From positions 1-58,169 of IMG/VR virus record IMGVR_UViG_3300037258_000189: 58,169 nt of DNA. One strand, given 5' to 3'. Below the pieces are notes generated by a model. The model was not told where the DNA came from. It did no database searches and saw nothing but the letters and a program-made list of their open reading frames with translations. This document shows positions 35,179-46,125 of the stretch, one piece after another. How positions within the stretch are numbered: position 1 is the first letter of the stretch; the number at the start of each line of letters is the position of its first letter. Made by a program: the position numbers and the translations under genes. This DNA comes from a virus (Duplodnaviria; Caudoviricetes).

Positions 35179-37005
35179 TCAGTCCTCGCTTCCAAACAAC
35201 GGTGTTGATTTCGCAATTTTATCCTGTTGCTCAATCGGCATATAGCGGCCGGTCTGCGGCACGAGCCTGAGTTTGGCCATGTTTCCCTTGCGCCCCCACC
35301 TGCGAAAACGGCTTTTCCGCAGAATGATCTGCGTCGGCTCGCCCGGCTCGTTGTGAACCACGATCCCTATGTCCGCCTTGTTCGCGAACGCGGCCGATCC
35401 ACTGATGTCGTAGAGCGCCGGCGCGTTATCCCCATCGGCTGAGCGAAAGCGGGCCGGAGCCGGCTTGGCGGGATGCGCCACCACCCACACGTTCAGCCCG
35501 TGCCGGAAGCCGAACGCTCGCAGGCGTTGCAGGCTGCGACTGACGTAGTCTGTTTCCGACAGCGCCCCACGTTGGTGTTCGATCTCGTTCCACGGGTCGA
35601 TGACGAGATCGGTCACTCCCATCGTGAGGGCCGCCGCCCTGGCGCGCTCCATGATCCACTCCAGCGTCGGCGGATTTTCCTCGGCGTCCGATGCCAGAAA
35701 CGCCAAGCGAGGCGCCAGCCACGCATTCGCCGCTACCACCTGCGCTTCCGTCATGGCCCGCACCCCCTCCTTTTCGTCCGGCTTTCCCACGGTAGCGTTC
35801 GCCCATACCTCGGCGCACGACAGCGCAAATTCTTCCCAGGGCTGCATTTCCGGCGAGAAGACCACAAACCTCCTTTGGTGTTCTTGCATCAGGCTAATCA
35901 TCACCCAGCGGGCAAAGCTGGATTTGCCCGCATTGGCAAATCCCGTCAGCACGATGAGCCGCCCCTCTCCGGGCCACTTCACAACCCTGTCTAGTTCGAT
36001 CATTCCGAGAGCCATCACCTGCGGCGGGGGCTTTTTCCAGTAATCGACAAGCGTGGTTTCGCTAAGTGTATGCAGCCCCTTCAGCGGATACGGCTTCGCC
36101 GCTTCGATGCACTGCTGCACCACGCCCTTCCCGTGCGCGCGCAGCACGTCGCAGGCGTCCTTGCAGCCGGCCGGCCACGTCACCAGCAGGCAGCGGTGGC
36201 GCCCGAGCCGGCGGGCCAGCTCCTCGCGCAGCACGGCGCCAGGCGCGTCCGCGTCGCCGGCGAGCACGAACGTCTCCACCTGGGCCAGCAGCTCGGCGTG
36301 CGTGTCGAGCGCGGCAAAGCGCTTGTCGTCGTCGCGCCTGGGATCGTCCTCGGCCCTGAGTTCCGCCGGCGCGCCGTCCTTGAGCGACACCACCTGGGGA
36401 TAGCCCGCTTCGTGGATCGCCATCGCGTCGGGCTCGCCCTCGACCCAGACCACACGGTCCGGCGCGGCCACCGCGTCGATGTTGAACAGCGTCGGTAGCG
36501 CGTTTTTCTCCTGCGCCTGCGGCTGCTTCTGCGGCGGACGGTATTTCCTGTTGCGAACGACGGATTGCCACACGTACGGGAACACGATGCACGGCTGCAC
36601 GCCCAGCGTCGGCACCGCGTGCTGCGCCACGTAGCAGCCGAACAGGTCGACCGTTTCGGCGCTGATGCCGCGCTTCTCGAAAAACTCGTAGAGCGCGCGG
36701 GGCTTGTTCTGCGTGATCTTCGGCGCGTGCTGGATCGGCGCCTCCACAACCCGTTCCTCGCGCTTACGCGGCCGCCGCTCGGCGTCGTGGACGCGGTGGC
36801 CTTCCTTCCACCCGCACGTTCCTCGATGGCACTGCCACGCCACCCCGTCCCCGTCCCGGTCAATCGTGACGCTCAGAGAATGCTCTTTGGTGTTTCCCCC
36901 GTGGCACCTCGGGCAAAGCGTCTTCGTCGTGGAGCCAGGCGCGAAGCTTTTCACCCGGATGCCGGCGTCCGACAGGATGCCAGGAAGGTCGGTTGGATCG
37001 CTCAT
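35179..37005 (-). CDS. Primase-helicase (T7 gp4/Twinkle-like)
   Basis: 608 aa from MSDPTDL (GGAGG SD); Zn finger CPRC...CHRGTC; TOPRIM WVEGEPDAM, DAD, KDACD; SF4 helicase LTGFANAGKSS, LVIDPWN, VVAHP, YDISGSAAFANKAD. Confidence 0.9.
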   Translation of the reverse strand: MSDPTDLPGILSDAGIRVKSFAPGSTTKTLCPRCHGGNTKEHSLSVTIDRDGDGVAWQCHRGTCGWKEGHRVHDAERRPRKREERVVEAPIQHAPKITQNKPRALYEFFEKRGISAETVDLFGCYVAQHAVPTLGVQPCIVFPYVWQSVVRNRKYRPPQKQPQAQEKNALPTLFNIDAVAAPDRVVWVEGEPDAMAIHEAGYPQVVSLKDGAPAELRAEDDPRRDDDKRFAALDTHAELLAQVETFVLAGDADAPGAVLREELARRLGRHRCLLVTWPAGCKDACDVLRAHGKGVVQQCIEAAKPYPLKGLHTLSETTLVDYWKKPPPQVMALGMIELDRVVKWPGEGRLIVLTGFANAGKSSFARWVMISLMQEHQRRFVVFSPEMQPWEEFALSCAEVWANATVGKPDEKEGVRAMTEAQVVAANAWLAPRLAFLASDAEENPPTLEWIMERARAAALTMGVTDLVIDPWNEIEHQRGALSETDYVSRSLQRLRAFGFRHGLNVWVVAHPAKPAPARFRSADGDNAPALYDISGSAAFANKADIGIVVHNEPGEPTQIILRKSRFRRWGRKGNMAKLRLVPQTGRYMPIEQQDKIAKSTPLFGSED

Positions 37006-38161
37006 GCCGCCTCCATGATCGCCAGGCCGATCAGTTCCGGTATCTGCGGCACTAGCGTATTCCCGAGGCGGCGGTTCGGTCCACCCGATCGGCACACCCA
37101 TCATCCATTCCAAGAAGCGCGGGTTCACATGGCCAGCGCGATTGCCAGACATCGCCGATAGCTGCTCGTTCAGCGGCCTCGCGTTCCTGTCGTGCGTCTC
37201 CTCGCTCGCCTTCCCGCTCCGCCAGTCCTGCGCGGTAGGCGTGGCCAGTGTTCCAGCGTGTCGCGTCTCGTATCCACGCAAAACTGTCAGGAGGTCGCCG
37301 CGTCCGCCCCTGTCGGCATCCGACGCTCGCGGTGTCGGCAGTGCCGCCCTGTTCAGCACTGTCACCAACTTCCGGCCAATCGCGCCGTCCGGCTCTATCC
37401 CACCGTCCGAAGCAGTCGGCGTCGGCAGTAACAGTCTCGCCAGCACGACCTCCAGGTTCGCGTTCTTGTCCGCCTGCCGCGCTTCCGTCACAGCGCCCGT
37501 CATCCGCGCGCGCGGAGTTGGCAGGCGGCTTAGCGCAAGGCTCAGAGGCATACCGCCCTGCGCATATCTTTTCGTCCGCCTGCTCGCATCTGTCGTTGGC
37601 GTCGGGAGAATTTTGTCCCACGCCGTCGTTGACCCGTGACTGTCTGGAAGTCCGCTCCTGTTCGCCCTCGGCGTGGGCAACGATCCAAACGCGGTCACGC
37701 TGGTGAGGGGCGCCGATGGCGCCCGCCGGAACGCAATCCCATTCAGCGTCATACCCGCTCTCGGCCAAGTCCCCGAGAACAACGTCCAGCCCATCTCCAA
37801 CGAGCGCTGCCACGTTCTCCACGATCGCGTGGCGCGGTCGAACCAGGCGAACGGCTCGCACCAGTTCCCGGTACAGTCCTGAACGCTGCCCGGCCAGTCC
37901 GGCGCGCTTGCCGGCTCGGCTGAGGTCCTGGCAGGGAAATCCTCCGCACACGACGTCGGCTGCGGGGAACTCGGGAACGGCCGTGATGTCTCCAAGGATC
38001 GGAACCTCCGGCCAATGGTGCGCCAGCACGCGCCGGCAGAATGGATCGGTCTCGCAGAACGCAACCGTGCGCATCCCGGCCCGCTTCAGCCCGAGGCTGA
38101 ACGCGCCAATGCCGCTGAACAGGTCGAGCAGTCGGGGGCGGAGTGCCATCGGATCGCTCAT
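37002..38161 (-). CDS. C5 cytosine DNA methyltransferase, alpha chain (motif X shifted out of frame by an apparent 1-bp deletion at ~37067)
   Basis: LDLFSGIG (I), GGFPCQDLS (IV), IVENV (VI), HQRDRVWI (VIII); as sequenced stops at 37052; LGNTLVPQIPELIGLAI (motif X) follows in another frame and ends at 37002. Confidence 0.85.
37052..38064 (-). CDS. Overlapping alternative-frame methyltransferase beta chain (motif IX plus LPTP repeats)
   Basis: Stop-free frame nested in the MTase gene; six L[PA]TP repeats and HVNPRFLEWMMGVPIGWT (motif IX-like); start uncertain; as sequenced it reads through into the primase-helicase. Confidence 0.65.
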
Positions 38162-39096
38162 TCGCACAGCCCGTAACTCGACGCGCACACCTCGGACGGC
38201 AATCGGCGCAGCATGTCCTGCTGCCGGCCGCCCCGGCTGGTCGTTGCCCACAGCACTCGGTTGTCGATGCGAAGCCGGTCGAAAAGCTCCGCATTGGTCT
38301 CGCCATCCTCGGCGCTGTCGCCGAAGAACGTCGTAAATCCTCCCTTGCTGCATTCCGATACGAGAGATTCCCACTCGCGCAGCCGAGCGATGTGATGCGG
38401 CCACCGGCGCGCCGCGTTGGCGATCTCGTCCTTGCCGGCGTTGATGCACAGCATGCAGCCGACGCGCTCGCAACCCATGCTGTAGAGTGGATTGAGCGGA
38501 AAGCCTTCGGCGCGGATGAAGTCGATCACCCGCTGCGCCGTCCAGTCGACGATCGGGCGACGGATCATCCAGCCTTCTGCTGCGGGCTCCTCGGCCAAAG
38601 CGTTCTTGCGACTTTCGCTTTCGTCCCGCCGCACGCCCTGCCAGCTCTCCAGCGTCAGCCCCTCGGCCATGCGGTCCAGCATCCAGAAATCCAATGGGAA
38701 CCGCTTCAACTCAGACGTGCAGAACTGCGCTTTGCGCGACGGGAAGCGGCCCTTCATCATGCACAGATCGAGGAACGGGATGCCGGTCGGGACCAACAGT
38801 TCAAGGGCGCGTGCAATGCGCTCCGCTGGGACGCCCTTCTCGGCCCAATGCCGCGCGATGTAGCGGCGCTTGCGCTCGATGTCCTTGGTGAAATCGGCAC
38901 GCACGATCTCGATGGGCATCCCGAACGCCGCCGGCAAATCGGCGCGAACGAACCGTTCGGTAATCTCGTGCTCGTTGCCAACGTCGGCATGCACGAGCCG
39001 AACCCGGTCGCGCCCGTGCTGTTTGAGCGCCAGGATGGCGGTCGCCGTGCTGTCCTTGCCTCCGGAGATCGACACGCAGATCGTTGGCTCGGTCAA
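38158..39096 (-). CDS. PAPS reductase family (PP-loop) protein
   Basis: SISGGKDS, QFCTSELK, GVRRDESxxR, PLYSMGCERVGCMLC. Confidence 0.88.
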   Translation of the reverse strand: MTEPTICVSISGGKDSTATAILALKQHGRDRVRLVHADVGNEHEITERFVRADLPAAFGMPIEIVRADFTKDIERKRRYIARHWAEKGVPAERIARALELLVPTGIPFLDLCMMKGRFPSRKAQFCTSELKRFPLDFWMLDRMAEGLTLESWQGVRRDESESRKNALAEEPAAEGWMIRRPIVDWTAQRVIDFIRAEGFPLNPLYSMGCERVGCMLCINAGKDEIANAARRWPHHIARLREWESLVSECSKGGFTTFFGDSAEDGETNAELFDRLRIDNRVLWATTSRGGRQQDMLRRLPSEVCASSYGLCE

Positions 39097-39368
39097 TTCG
39101 GCCCGCTCCCGCTCGTCCTCGGGCCGCGCTCGGCTTTCTCGGCCCGCCGGCGATCGTCGTCCTTGCGGGTCTGATCGCGCCCCAGCTCGACCTGGTGCTC
39201 GTGCTCAGCCTGCCGCAGCGTGGCGTAGAGCGCCTCCGACGCCTCCTGCCCGGTCATCACGGAGTTGCCCCCGCTCAGGTTGCCTAGCCGCGCCACAGGC
39301 CGCGTGCCGACCTCGTGGGCGATGTGCCCCGCAACCATCAGCACTAGTTTGCGCATCGCTGGGGTCAT
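39093..39368 (-). CDS. Hypothetical protein
   Basis: 91 aa, coupled to neighbours. Confidence 0.5.
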   Translation of the reverse strand: MTPAMRKLVLMVAGHIAHEVGTRPVARLGNLSGGNSVMTGQEASEALYATLRQAEHEHQVELGRDQTRKDDDRRRAEKAERGPRTSGSGPN

Positions 39369-40138
39369 CAGACTTTCCCTCGGTCGAGAACGAAACGTTG
39401 GAGGGGGGCGACCGGAGCTACTTCGTCGTCCCAGCGCCCCTCATTGAGCCACGTGGCTGGGTGCGGTCGGAAGCGAGGTTCCTTGGCGAGGTATGACGCA
39501 GCCTGTGCGGCCGCAGCCGCCACGATCGTCTGCGCCTGCACGCCGCCCTTCAGCGCCTTCTCGAATGCCCGACGAGCGGCTCCCTTGCCTTCCTTGCGCC
39601 AGTAGATCGCCCAGAAGTCGTCGAAGGCGCTGCCTGCCGCTGCGTGACCGTTGGCGTGCTTCCCGTTGACCTTCACTGCCGGCGGCGCTGGTCTTCCAAA
39701 CAAATCACTAACGTCCCCCTCTTGGGGGACTATAGGGGGTACTCTTTCTTCCTTCTTTCCCTTAAGGGTTCTAGTCCCGCTGCGGGACGGGTCCAGTCCC
39801 GCAGCGGGACGGGTCAGGGGGTCACTAGTCCCGCTGCGGGACGGGTCCGCGCTGTCAGTTTGGTCATCAAGTCCCGCAGCGGGACTGGTTGCCATCAACA
39901 GGTACTCCGTTGGCCGGCCTCTCACCTCGGTTTTTTCGATTAAGCGTTGCTTTACCAAAAGATCGAGGGCGCGGAAGGCAGTGCTCCGGCCGAGAGAACA
40001 CTCGCGAACGATGGTGGCTGACGACGGCCAGCAGCGGTTGTCGAAGTCGGCGTGAAAGGCCAGGCAAACCAGCACCGCCTTGGGTGCCGGCGCTAACTCG
40101 TCGCGGGAATACGCCCACTTGATCGCCGCCAGTGTCAC
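39368..40138 (-). CDS. Replication initiator (lambda O-like, HTH_36 N-terminus)
   Basis: GTG start; KAVLVCLAFHAD...CWPSSATIVRECSLGRSTAFRAL wHTH; C-terminal FDDFWAIYWRKEGK...PHPATWLNEGRWDDE; internal iterons. Confidence 0.8.
   Translation of the reverse strand: MTLAAIKWAYSRDELAPAPKAVLVCLAFHADFDNRCWPSSATIVRECSLGRSTAFRALDLLVKQRLIEKTEVRGRPTEYLLMATSPAAGLDDQTDSADPSRSGTSDPLTRPAAGLDPSRSGTRTLKGKKEERVPPIVPQEGDVSDLFGRPAPPAVKVNGKHANGHAAAGSAFDDFWAIYWRKEGKGAARRAFEKALKGGVQAQTIVAAAAAQAASYLAKEPRFRPHPATWLNEGRWDDEVAPVAPLQRFVLDRGKV
39774..39885. repeat. Four palindromic iterons GTCCCGC(A/T)GCGGGAC: putative replication origin
   Basis: Copies at 39774, 39796, 39828 and 39871; adjacent pyrimidine/AT-rich tract at 39741-39770. 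Confidence 0.8.
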
Positions 40139-40521
40139 CGCACCACGCCGCCGGCCAGCCGGTAGAGCGCGACGAGCTGCTCGGCGTCCTCCGCGTCCGG
40201 TGTGACGCCCCCCTGCAAGCGCTGGCAGATCGCGATCAGCTCGCGCAGCGTCGCGTCGTCGCTGTTCGCGGGACGTGTGCGCACGAGGAAAAGCGCTGTC
40301 TCGGCCCAGGTGATCACGGGGGGCGTGAGTAGTTTTCCTCGCACACTGACCGGGCACCGGGAGGGGGGTGCCGTTTCGCCAGACGGCACCGATACGACGT
40401 TGTCCCACGTCAATGACCGGCCGGCGAGGAACTGGTTTGCTTTCCGTATCGCATTCAAAGCCTCGCCATCGTGGGATGAAGCGGTTAGGCGGAGAAGCTT
40501 GAGAAAACCCGGAAAATCCAT
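40135..40521 (-). CDS. Hypothetical protein (DUF2786-like N-terminus)
   Basis: FLKLLRLTASSHDGEALNAIRKANQFL...TWD. Confidence 0.55.
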   Translation of the reverse strand: MDFPGFLKLLRLTASSHDGEALNAIRKANQFLAGRSLTWDNVVSVPSGETAPPSRCPVSVRGKLLTPPVITWAETALFLVRTRPANSDDATLRELIAICQRLQGGVTPDAEDAEQLVALYRLAGGVVR

Positions 40522-40723
40522 TCCAGCCCCGCATGAGGACGTGAGAGGGGGCCGCGGTCCTGCATGCGACAGGAGCGATAACCCGGCGGCCAACCGGGCG
40601 TGCCCCCTCTTGGTCCCAGGGTGGAATTGTTCGCCCGCGTCGGTCAACAGGGGCGAACCGGGAACGCTCACAAATTTTTTAACTTGCGACCCGCGAAAGA
40701 TCGTGCGCAGTTTTGCGCCAGCC

Positions 40724-41092
40724 ATGACGCAAGTCGATCAGCAGGAGGCCGGCGATGCGACCGCTCAATCCGCCCCCAAGGGAGGGCGGCGGGCGCGCAT
40801 CGCGCGCGGCCGACTGGACGAGCGGCCGATCCGGATGCCGCAGGAGGCGTGGCCCGACGACGTCCACTTCGCGCCGTGGTTCTGCCGCTCGATGCGACGC
40901 GCGTGGTCGATCCAGCCGGACGTGCTGGCGCGCGCCGCAGGCGTCTCGGTGAACAAGCTCCAGGAATGGGAGCGGCGGGAGTGGAAGCCGCTGTACGAGC
41001 TGGAATTTCGGCTGCGGGTGTCCGGCGCGCTCGCCACGCTGGTGCTCCCCAAGGCCCGCGCCTTCGCCTACCTGCTGGCGGCGCGCACGTGA
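40724..41092 (+). CDS. XRE/Cro-like HTH regulator
   Basis: RSMRRAWSIQPDVLARAAGVSVNKLQEWER; first gene of the rightward early operon, divergent from replication operon. Confidence 0.6.
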   Translation: MTQVDQQEAGDATAQSAPKGGRRARIARGRLDERPIRMPQEAWPDDVHFAPWFCRSMRRAWSIQPDVLARAAGVSVNKLQEWERREWKPLYELEFRLRVSGALATLVLPKARAFAYLLAART

Positions 41093-41700
41093 CCCCTCCG
41101 CAAAAGCGCATCCTCGACCTGATCGCGTCCAGCGTGCGCGAGCGTGGCCGTGCGCCGCACCTCTACGAGCTGGAGCAGGGCGTCGCCTGGGAAACCGGAG
41201 GCCCTGGCTCCAACATCACGAACATCCACCGGATGGTGCTGCTGCTCGCGCGCGATGGGCACCTGCTGCGGATGAGCCGGCGCACCTCGGACATGCTGCT
41301 GGTCGATCAGGCGAGCACGCTGCGCCGTCCGATCGGCTGGGACGAAATCTACGAGGCCGCGGCGCGGTCGGAGAAGGCGGGCAGCATGCTCACGACGCTG
41401 CCGACCGAGACGGTGCTGAACTGGCACATTTACACGATCGGGCTTGAACGAAAGGTAGCGGCGATGTCAAGCGAAGGGTCGACTGATCCGGTCAGGAACC
41501 GTTGGGACGGTCCGTGCACGGGGTGCGGCAAGCTGGTGGAGCGCGGCGTCGGCGCGGTCGTCTCGATCGCCGGCAAGTGGCACGTGCGCCACCACGAATG
41601 CAGCGGGTTGACGGACGCGCAGATTGCCGCGCTGCCCGAGGTGGGACCGAAAGCCCCGACGGAGGAAGAACGCGCGGCACGGAAGGCGAGGCGGTCGTGA
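41089..41700 (+). CDS. LexA-like DNA-binding domain protein with C-terminal Zn motif
   Basis: TPPQKRILDLIASSVRERGRAPHLYEL...IHRMVLLLARDGHLLR; CTGC...HHEC. Confidence 0.6.
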   Translation: MTPPQKRILDLIASSVRERGRAPHLYELEQGVAWETGGPGSNITNIHRMVLLLARDGHLLRMSRRTSDMLLVDQASTLRRPIGWDEIYEAAARSEKAGSMLTTLPTETVLNWHIYTIGLERKVAAMSSEGSTDPVRNRWDGPCTGCGKLVERGVGAVVSIAGKWHVRHHECSGLTDAQIAALPEVGPKAPTEEERAARKARRS

Positions 41701-41972
41701 GCGACCGGCCCGGCGTCCAGGCGCCAAGCGGCCTCTTCACCCGCGCGGAGATCCTCGCGCAAGCGAGAGCCGCGCTCCCGACGATGCGGCGACCGGGCGA
41801 TATGGTCGAGTTCCGCGTTCCGGCGGGTCAGCCTGGGCGGCGCATTCTGTGCCAAACGATCAACGGCGTCGCCCATCGGACATTCGGTCCCTGGAACTAC
41901 CAGATGCACACCCGCGACGGCTCTTGCCGGGTCGTGCTTCGCCCGAGCCGCCGAGGAGTGCGCGCGCCGTGA
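41697..41972 (+). CDS. Hypothetical protein
   Basis: GTGA-coupled. Confidence 0.45.
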   Translation: MSDRPGVQAPSGLFTRAEILAQARAALPTMRRPGDMVEFRVPAGQPGRRILCQTINGVAHRTFGPWNYQMHTRDGSCRVVLRPSRRGVRAP

Positions 41973-42136
41973 GCACCCTTTTGTTGGGGTTGGGGGCAAC
42001 CTTCTGCGGGCTCGCTGCCGGAGCCGCTATGTCGATCATCGCGGGGCCAGCGCCGGCGGCGCTCCCCTGGGTGTGCGGCTTGTGCGGCTTTGTGGCCTTC
42101 GTCTCTGGCGCCAAATTGCTTTGGCGCGGCGAATGA
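41969..42136 (+). CDS. Small two-TM membrane protein
   Basis: LLLGLGATFCGLAAGAAMSIIAG...WVCGLCGFVAFVSGAKLLW. Confidence 0.45.
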   Translation: MSTLLLGLGATFCGLAAGAAMSIIAGPAPAALPWVCGLCGFVAFVSGAKLLWRGE

Positions 42137-42977
42137 CCGAACCCCACGTCATCCGCCCGTCCAGCCTGACCACAGCTGTGGACTGCGGCCGGCGTTGGGC
42201 CGCTGTCCACCTGTCGCACCTCGTGCGTGACGCCGGCTACACGCTGGGCGAGCGCCGGCCGCTGCACGTCGGCGCGGCGATCGGCAGCGGCGTCCACGCG
42301 GCGGCTAGCTTCACCCTCGAGGCCAAGCGCCGCACCGGCGAGCTGGGCAACGAGGCGGAGGCAGTCGACCGCGCGGAGGCCGAGTTCCTGGAGCGCGCGC
42401 AGCACGGCCTGATGTGGGACGCCACGACGGGCCAGTTGCCGGTCGCCCAGATGCAGCTTGCCCGGATGACGCGCAGCTACCGCCGCCACCTGGCGTGGCA
42501 ACTGACGCCGCTGCTGGTGGAACAGCGCTTCGAGTGCGACGTCGGCGACAACTGGGTGCTGTCGGGGCAGACCGACACCCTGGCCGGCGATCCCAACGCC
42601 GACGTGCGCGACCTAAAAACGGGGACGCACCAACGGGCGAACGGTGTGCAGTACGCCTGCTACCACATCATCCTGGACGCGCACGGCTACCGGCCGCACC
42701 GGATCATTGAGGACTTCCTGCCGCGCGCGAAGCTGAAGGTCGAGCAGCCGCCGCCGCAGAGCACCACGATCCCGCTCGCGCCGGCGATTGCGGACGCCTG
42801 GGACACGATCGACGACATCAAGCGACGCACGGCCGAGTTCCAGCGCCGCGTGGTGGAGGGAGGCCGCCCGCCGCACGCGGCGTTCCCGGCCAACCCGCAG
42901 TCGCAGCTTTGCTCGCCCCGGTTCTGCCCGGCGTTCGGCACCGACTTCTGCAAATCGCACAGAGAGGCAATAATCAC

Positions 42978-42981
<4 letters not shown>
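42133..42981 (+). CDS. PD-(D/E)XK (RecB/Cas4-like) exonuclease
   Basis: RPSSL...DCGRRW, GSGVH, VEQRF, LSGQTD, DLKTG, QYACY, C-terminal CSPRFCP...C. Confidence 0.8.
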
Positions 42982-44194
<1,213 letters not shown>

Positions 44195-44198
<4 letters not shown>

Positions 44199-45910
44199 GC
44201 CGCGAGAACCTCACCGTCCGGGTGCGCAACGTGCTCGGCATCATCAAGGCCGACCTGGACCTGCGCGGCGTGGTCCTGGTCGCTGGCGTCAACGCCGCGG
44301 GCAAGTCGTCGCTGCTCGAAGCCGTGGGCGCCTGCGTCGCCGGCGACGCCGCGTTCCGCGGGCTGCGCACCAAGACCGATCAGGCCAAGGCCATCCACGA
44401 GGGCGCGCAGGCCGGGTCGATCGCGATCGAGTACACCAACGGCAAGCTGCGGCTGCTGCTGCCCGCTGGCGACGCCGAGCAGACGGGCCGTCCCGTGTTC
44501 CTCGGTACTGATCTTGGCATCGGGCGCGCGCGGTTCATGGCGCTGAAGCCCGACGAGCGCGCGAAGGAGTTTTTCGTGCGCTGCAAGGCCAACCCCACGA
44601 AAACGGACCTTAAGACGTGGCTCGGCGCCAACCCCGGCTCAGGGCTCGAGGACAAGGGCGCCGACCAGCAGCTCGACCAGCTCTGGCAGGACATCGAGGA
44701 CAACGGCTGGGATGCGGTTGCCGCTTCGGCGCGGGAATACGGCACCAAGAGAAAGGGCGCGTGGGAGCAAGTCACCAGCGACAAGTGGGGCTCCAAGAAG
44801 TCGGCAACCTGGGTGCCACTCGGTCTCGATCCGGCGAGCGAATACGTGCTGGCCGACGAGCAGGACAATCTCGCCAAGCTGAAGGCCCATCTGGCGCGAT
44901 TGGCGGCGGCGGAGGCGGCAGCCACCGTCAACCGCGAGCAGCTCGAGCGGGACGTGGCGGCCGCAGCCGGCGTTCCCGCCGAACTGGACCGTATCGGCAC
45001 CGAGAAGGCGGCCGTGCAGCGCCAACTCGACGACAAGGTGACTGCCAGGCGCGCGCTGGTCGTGCCGGGGGAAACCGGCCGCGGATCGCCGCCGCTGGTG
45101 TGCCCGCATTGCGGCAAGCCGGTGCGCGCGAACCGCGACGCCAACAGCGCGCTGATCCTGCAGCGGGTGGAGACGGCGACTGCGGGCGCGCCGGCGCACG
45201 ATCTGCGCAAGCGGATAGCCGATCTGGAGCACGACGTGGAGACGCTGCAAGCCGCCGCGCGCGGCTGGGCCGAAAAGGAGGTAGCGCAGCGCGTGCTTCT
45301 GAAGGCCGCGGAGCAGGCGCAGGCGAAGCTGCGGCAGGCGCAGGAGGCAGGCCCAGTCGACGAGGATCTGATCCGCACCACGCGGGAGGAAGCGCTGAAG
45401 GCCGAGCGGATGGTCGCGGCCGTCGAGAAGATGGAGCGGGCGCGCGCGATCTATCAGGACTGGGAGCGCAACCAGGTTCTGCTCGACGCCCTGCAGCCGG
45501 CCGGCGTGCGCCAGAGCGTGCTCGATCGCCACCTGAGCCGCATCAACGTGCAGATCGCCGCGATCACCCAGGCGGCCGGTCTGCGTGCGGTGACGATCAC
45601 CTCGGCGATGAGCGCCGAATACGACGGGCGGCCGTACAACCTGATCAGCGAGAGCGAGCGCTGGCGCGTCGACTTCACGCTGGCCGTGCTGTGGCACCAG
45701 ATGGAGGACGCCTGCCTGCTGCTGCTCGACCGCTTCGACGTGGTGGTGCCGCAGGATCAGGGGCCGATCATCATGGCGCTCAAAAAGCTGAAGGTGACGG
45801 CGCTGGTGGCGATGACCGCTAAGGAGCGCGCGCGGGTGCCTGACCTGGAAGGCGCGAAGGTCGGCACCGCGCTCTGGGTCGATGGCGGCGTGGTGGGGCC
45901 GTGCCGATGA
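44195..45910 (+). CDS. Rad50/SbcC-like SMC ATPase
   Basis: Walker A GVNAAGKSS, coiled coils, CPHC zinc hook, signature LISESE, Walker B LLLLDRFD. Confidence 0.8.
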
Positions 45911-46125
45911 ACGCAATCGTCAAGGTGCAGCGCTGCCCCTTGTCCACGGACGGCTATCCGTGCCTGATCTACGCGGGGGCCGACCGTCTCCACCTGGTGC
46001 AGGTCGGGAAGCTGCCCCCGGCCATCAAGAAAGCGATGGGCGGCCGCCTCAAAGCCTACTTCGATGCCGAGTGGGACGGCAGCAACTGGCTCATCGGGGA
46101 AAGGGTGGCGGATCAGCCGTGGTAG
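45907..46125 (+). CDS. Hypothetical protein
   Basis: 72 aa, ATGA-coupled. Confidence 0.55.
   Translation: MNAIVKVQRCPLSTDGYPCLIYAGADRLHLVQVGKLPPAIKKAMGGRLKAYFDAEWDGSNWLIGERVADQPW

Noticed and set aside
35179-38064. 961-aa ORF as a genuine single protein
   Set aside because: The primase-helicase has its own SD and ATG at 37005; the fusion is explained by one missing base at ~37067
39774-39885. CRISPR-like array
   Set aside because: Repeats are only 15 bp with 7-28 bp irregular spacers inside a rep gene; no cas genes; fits iterons
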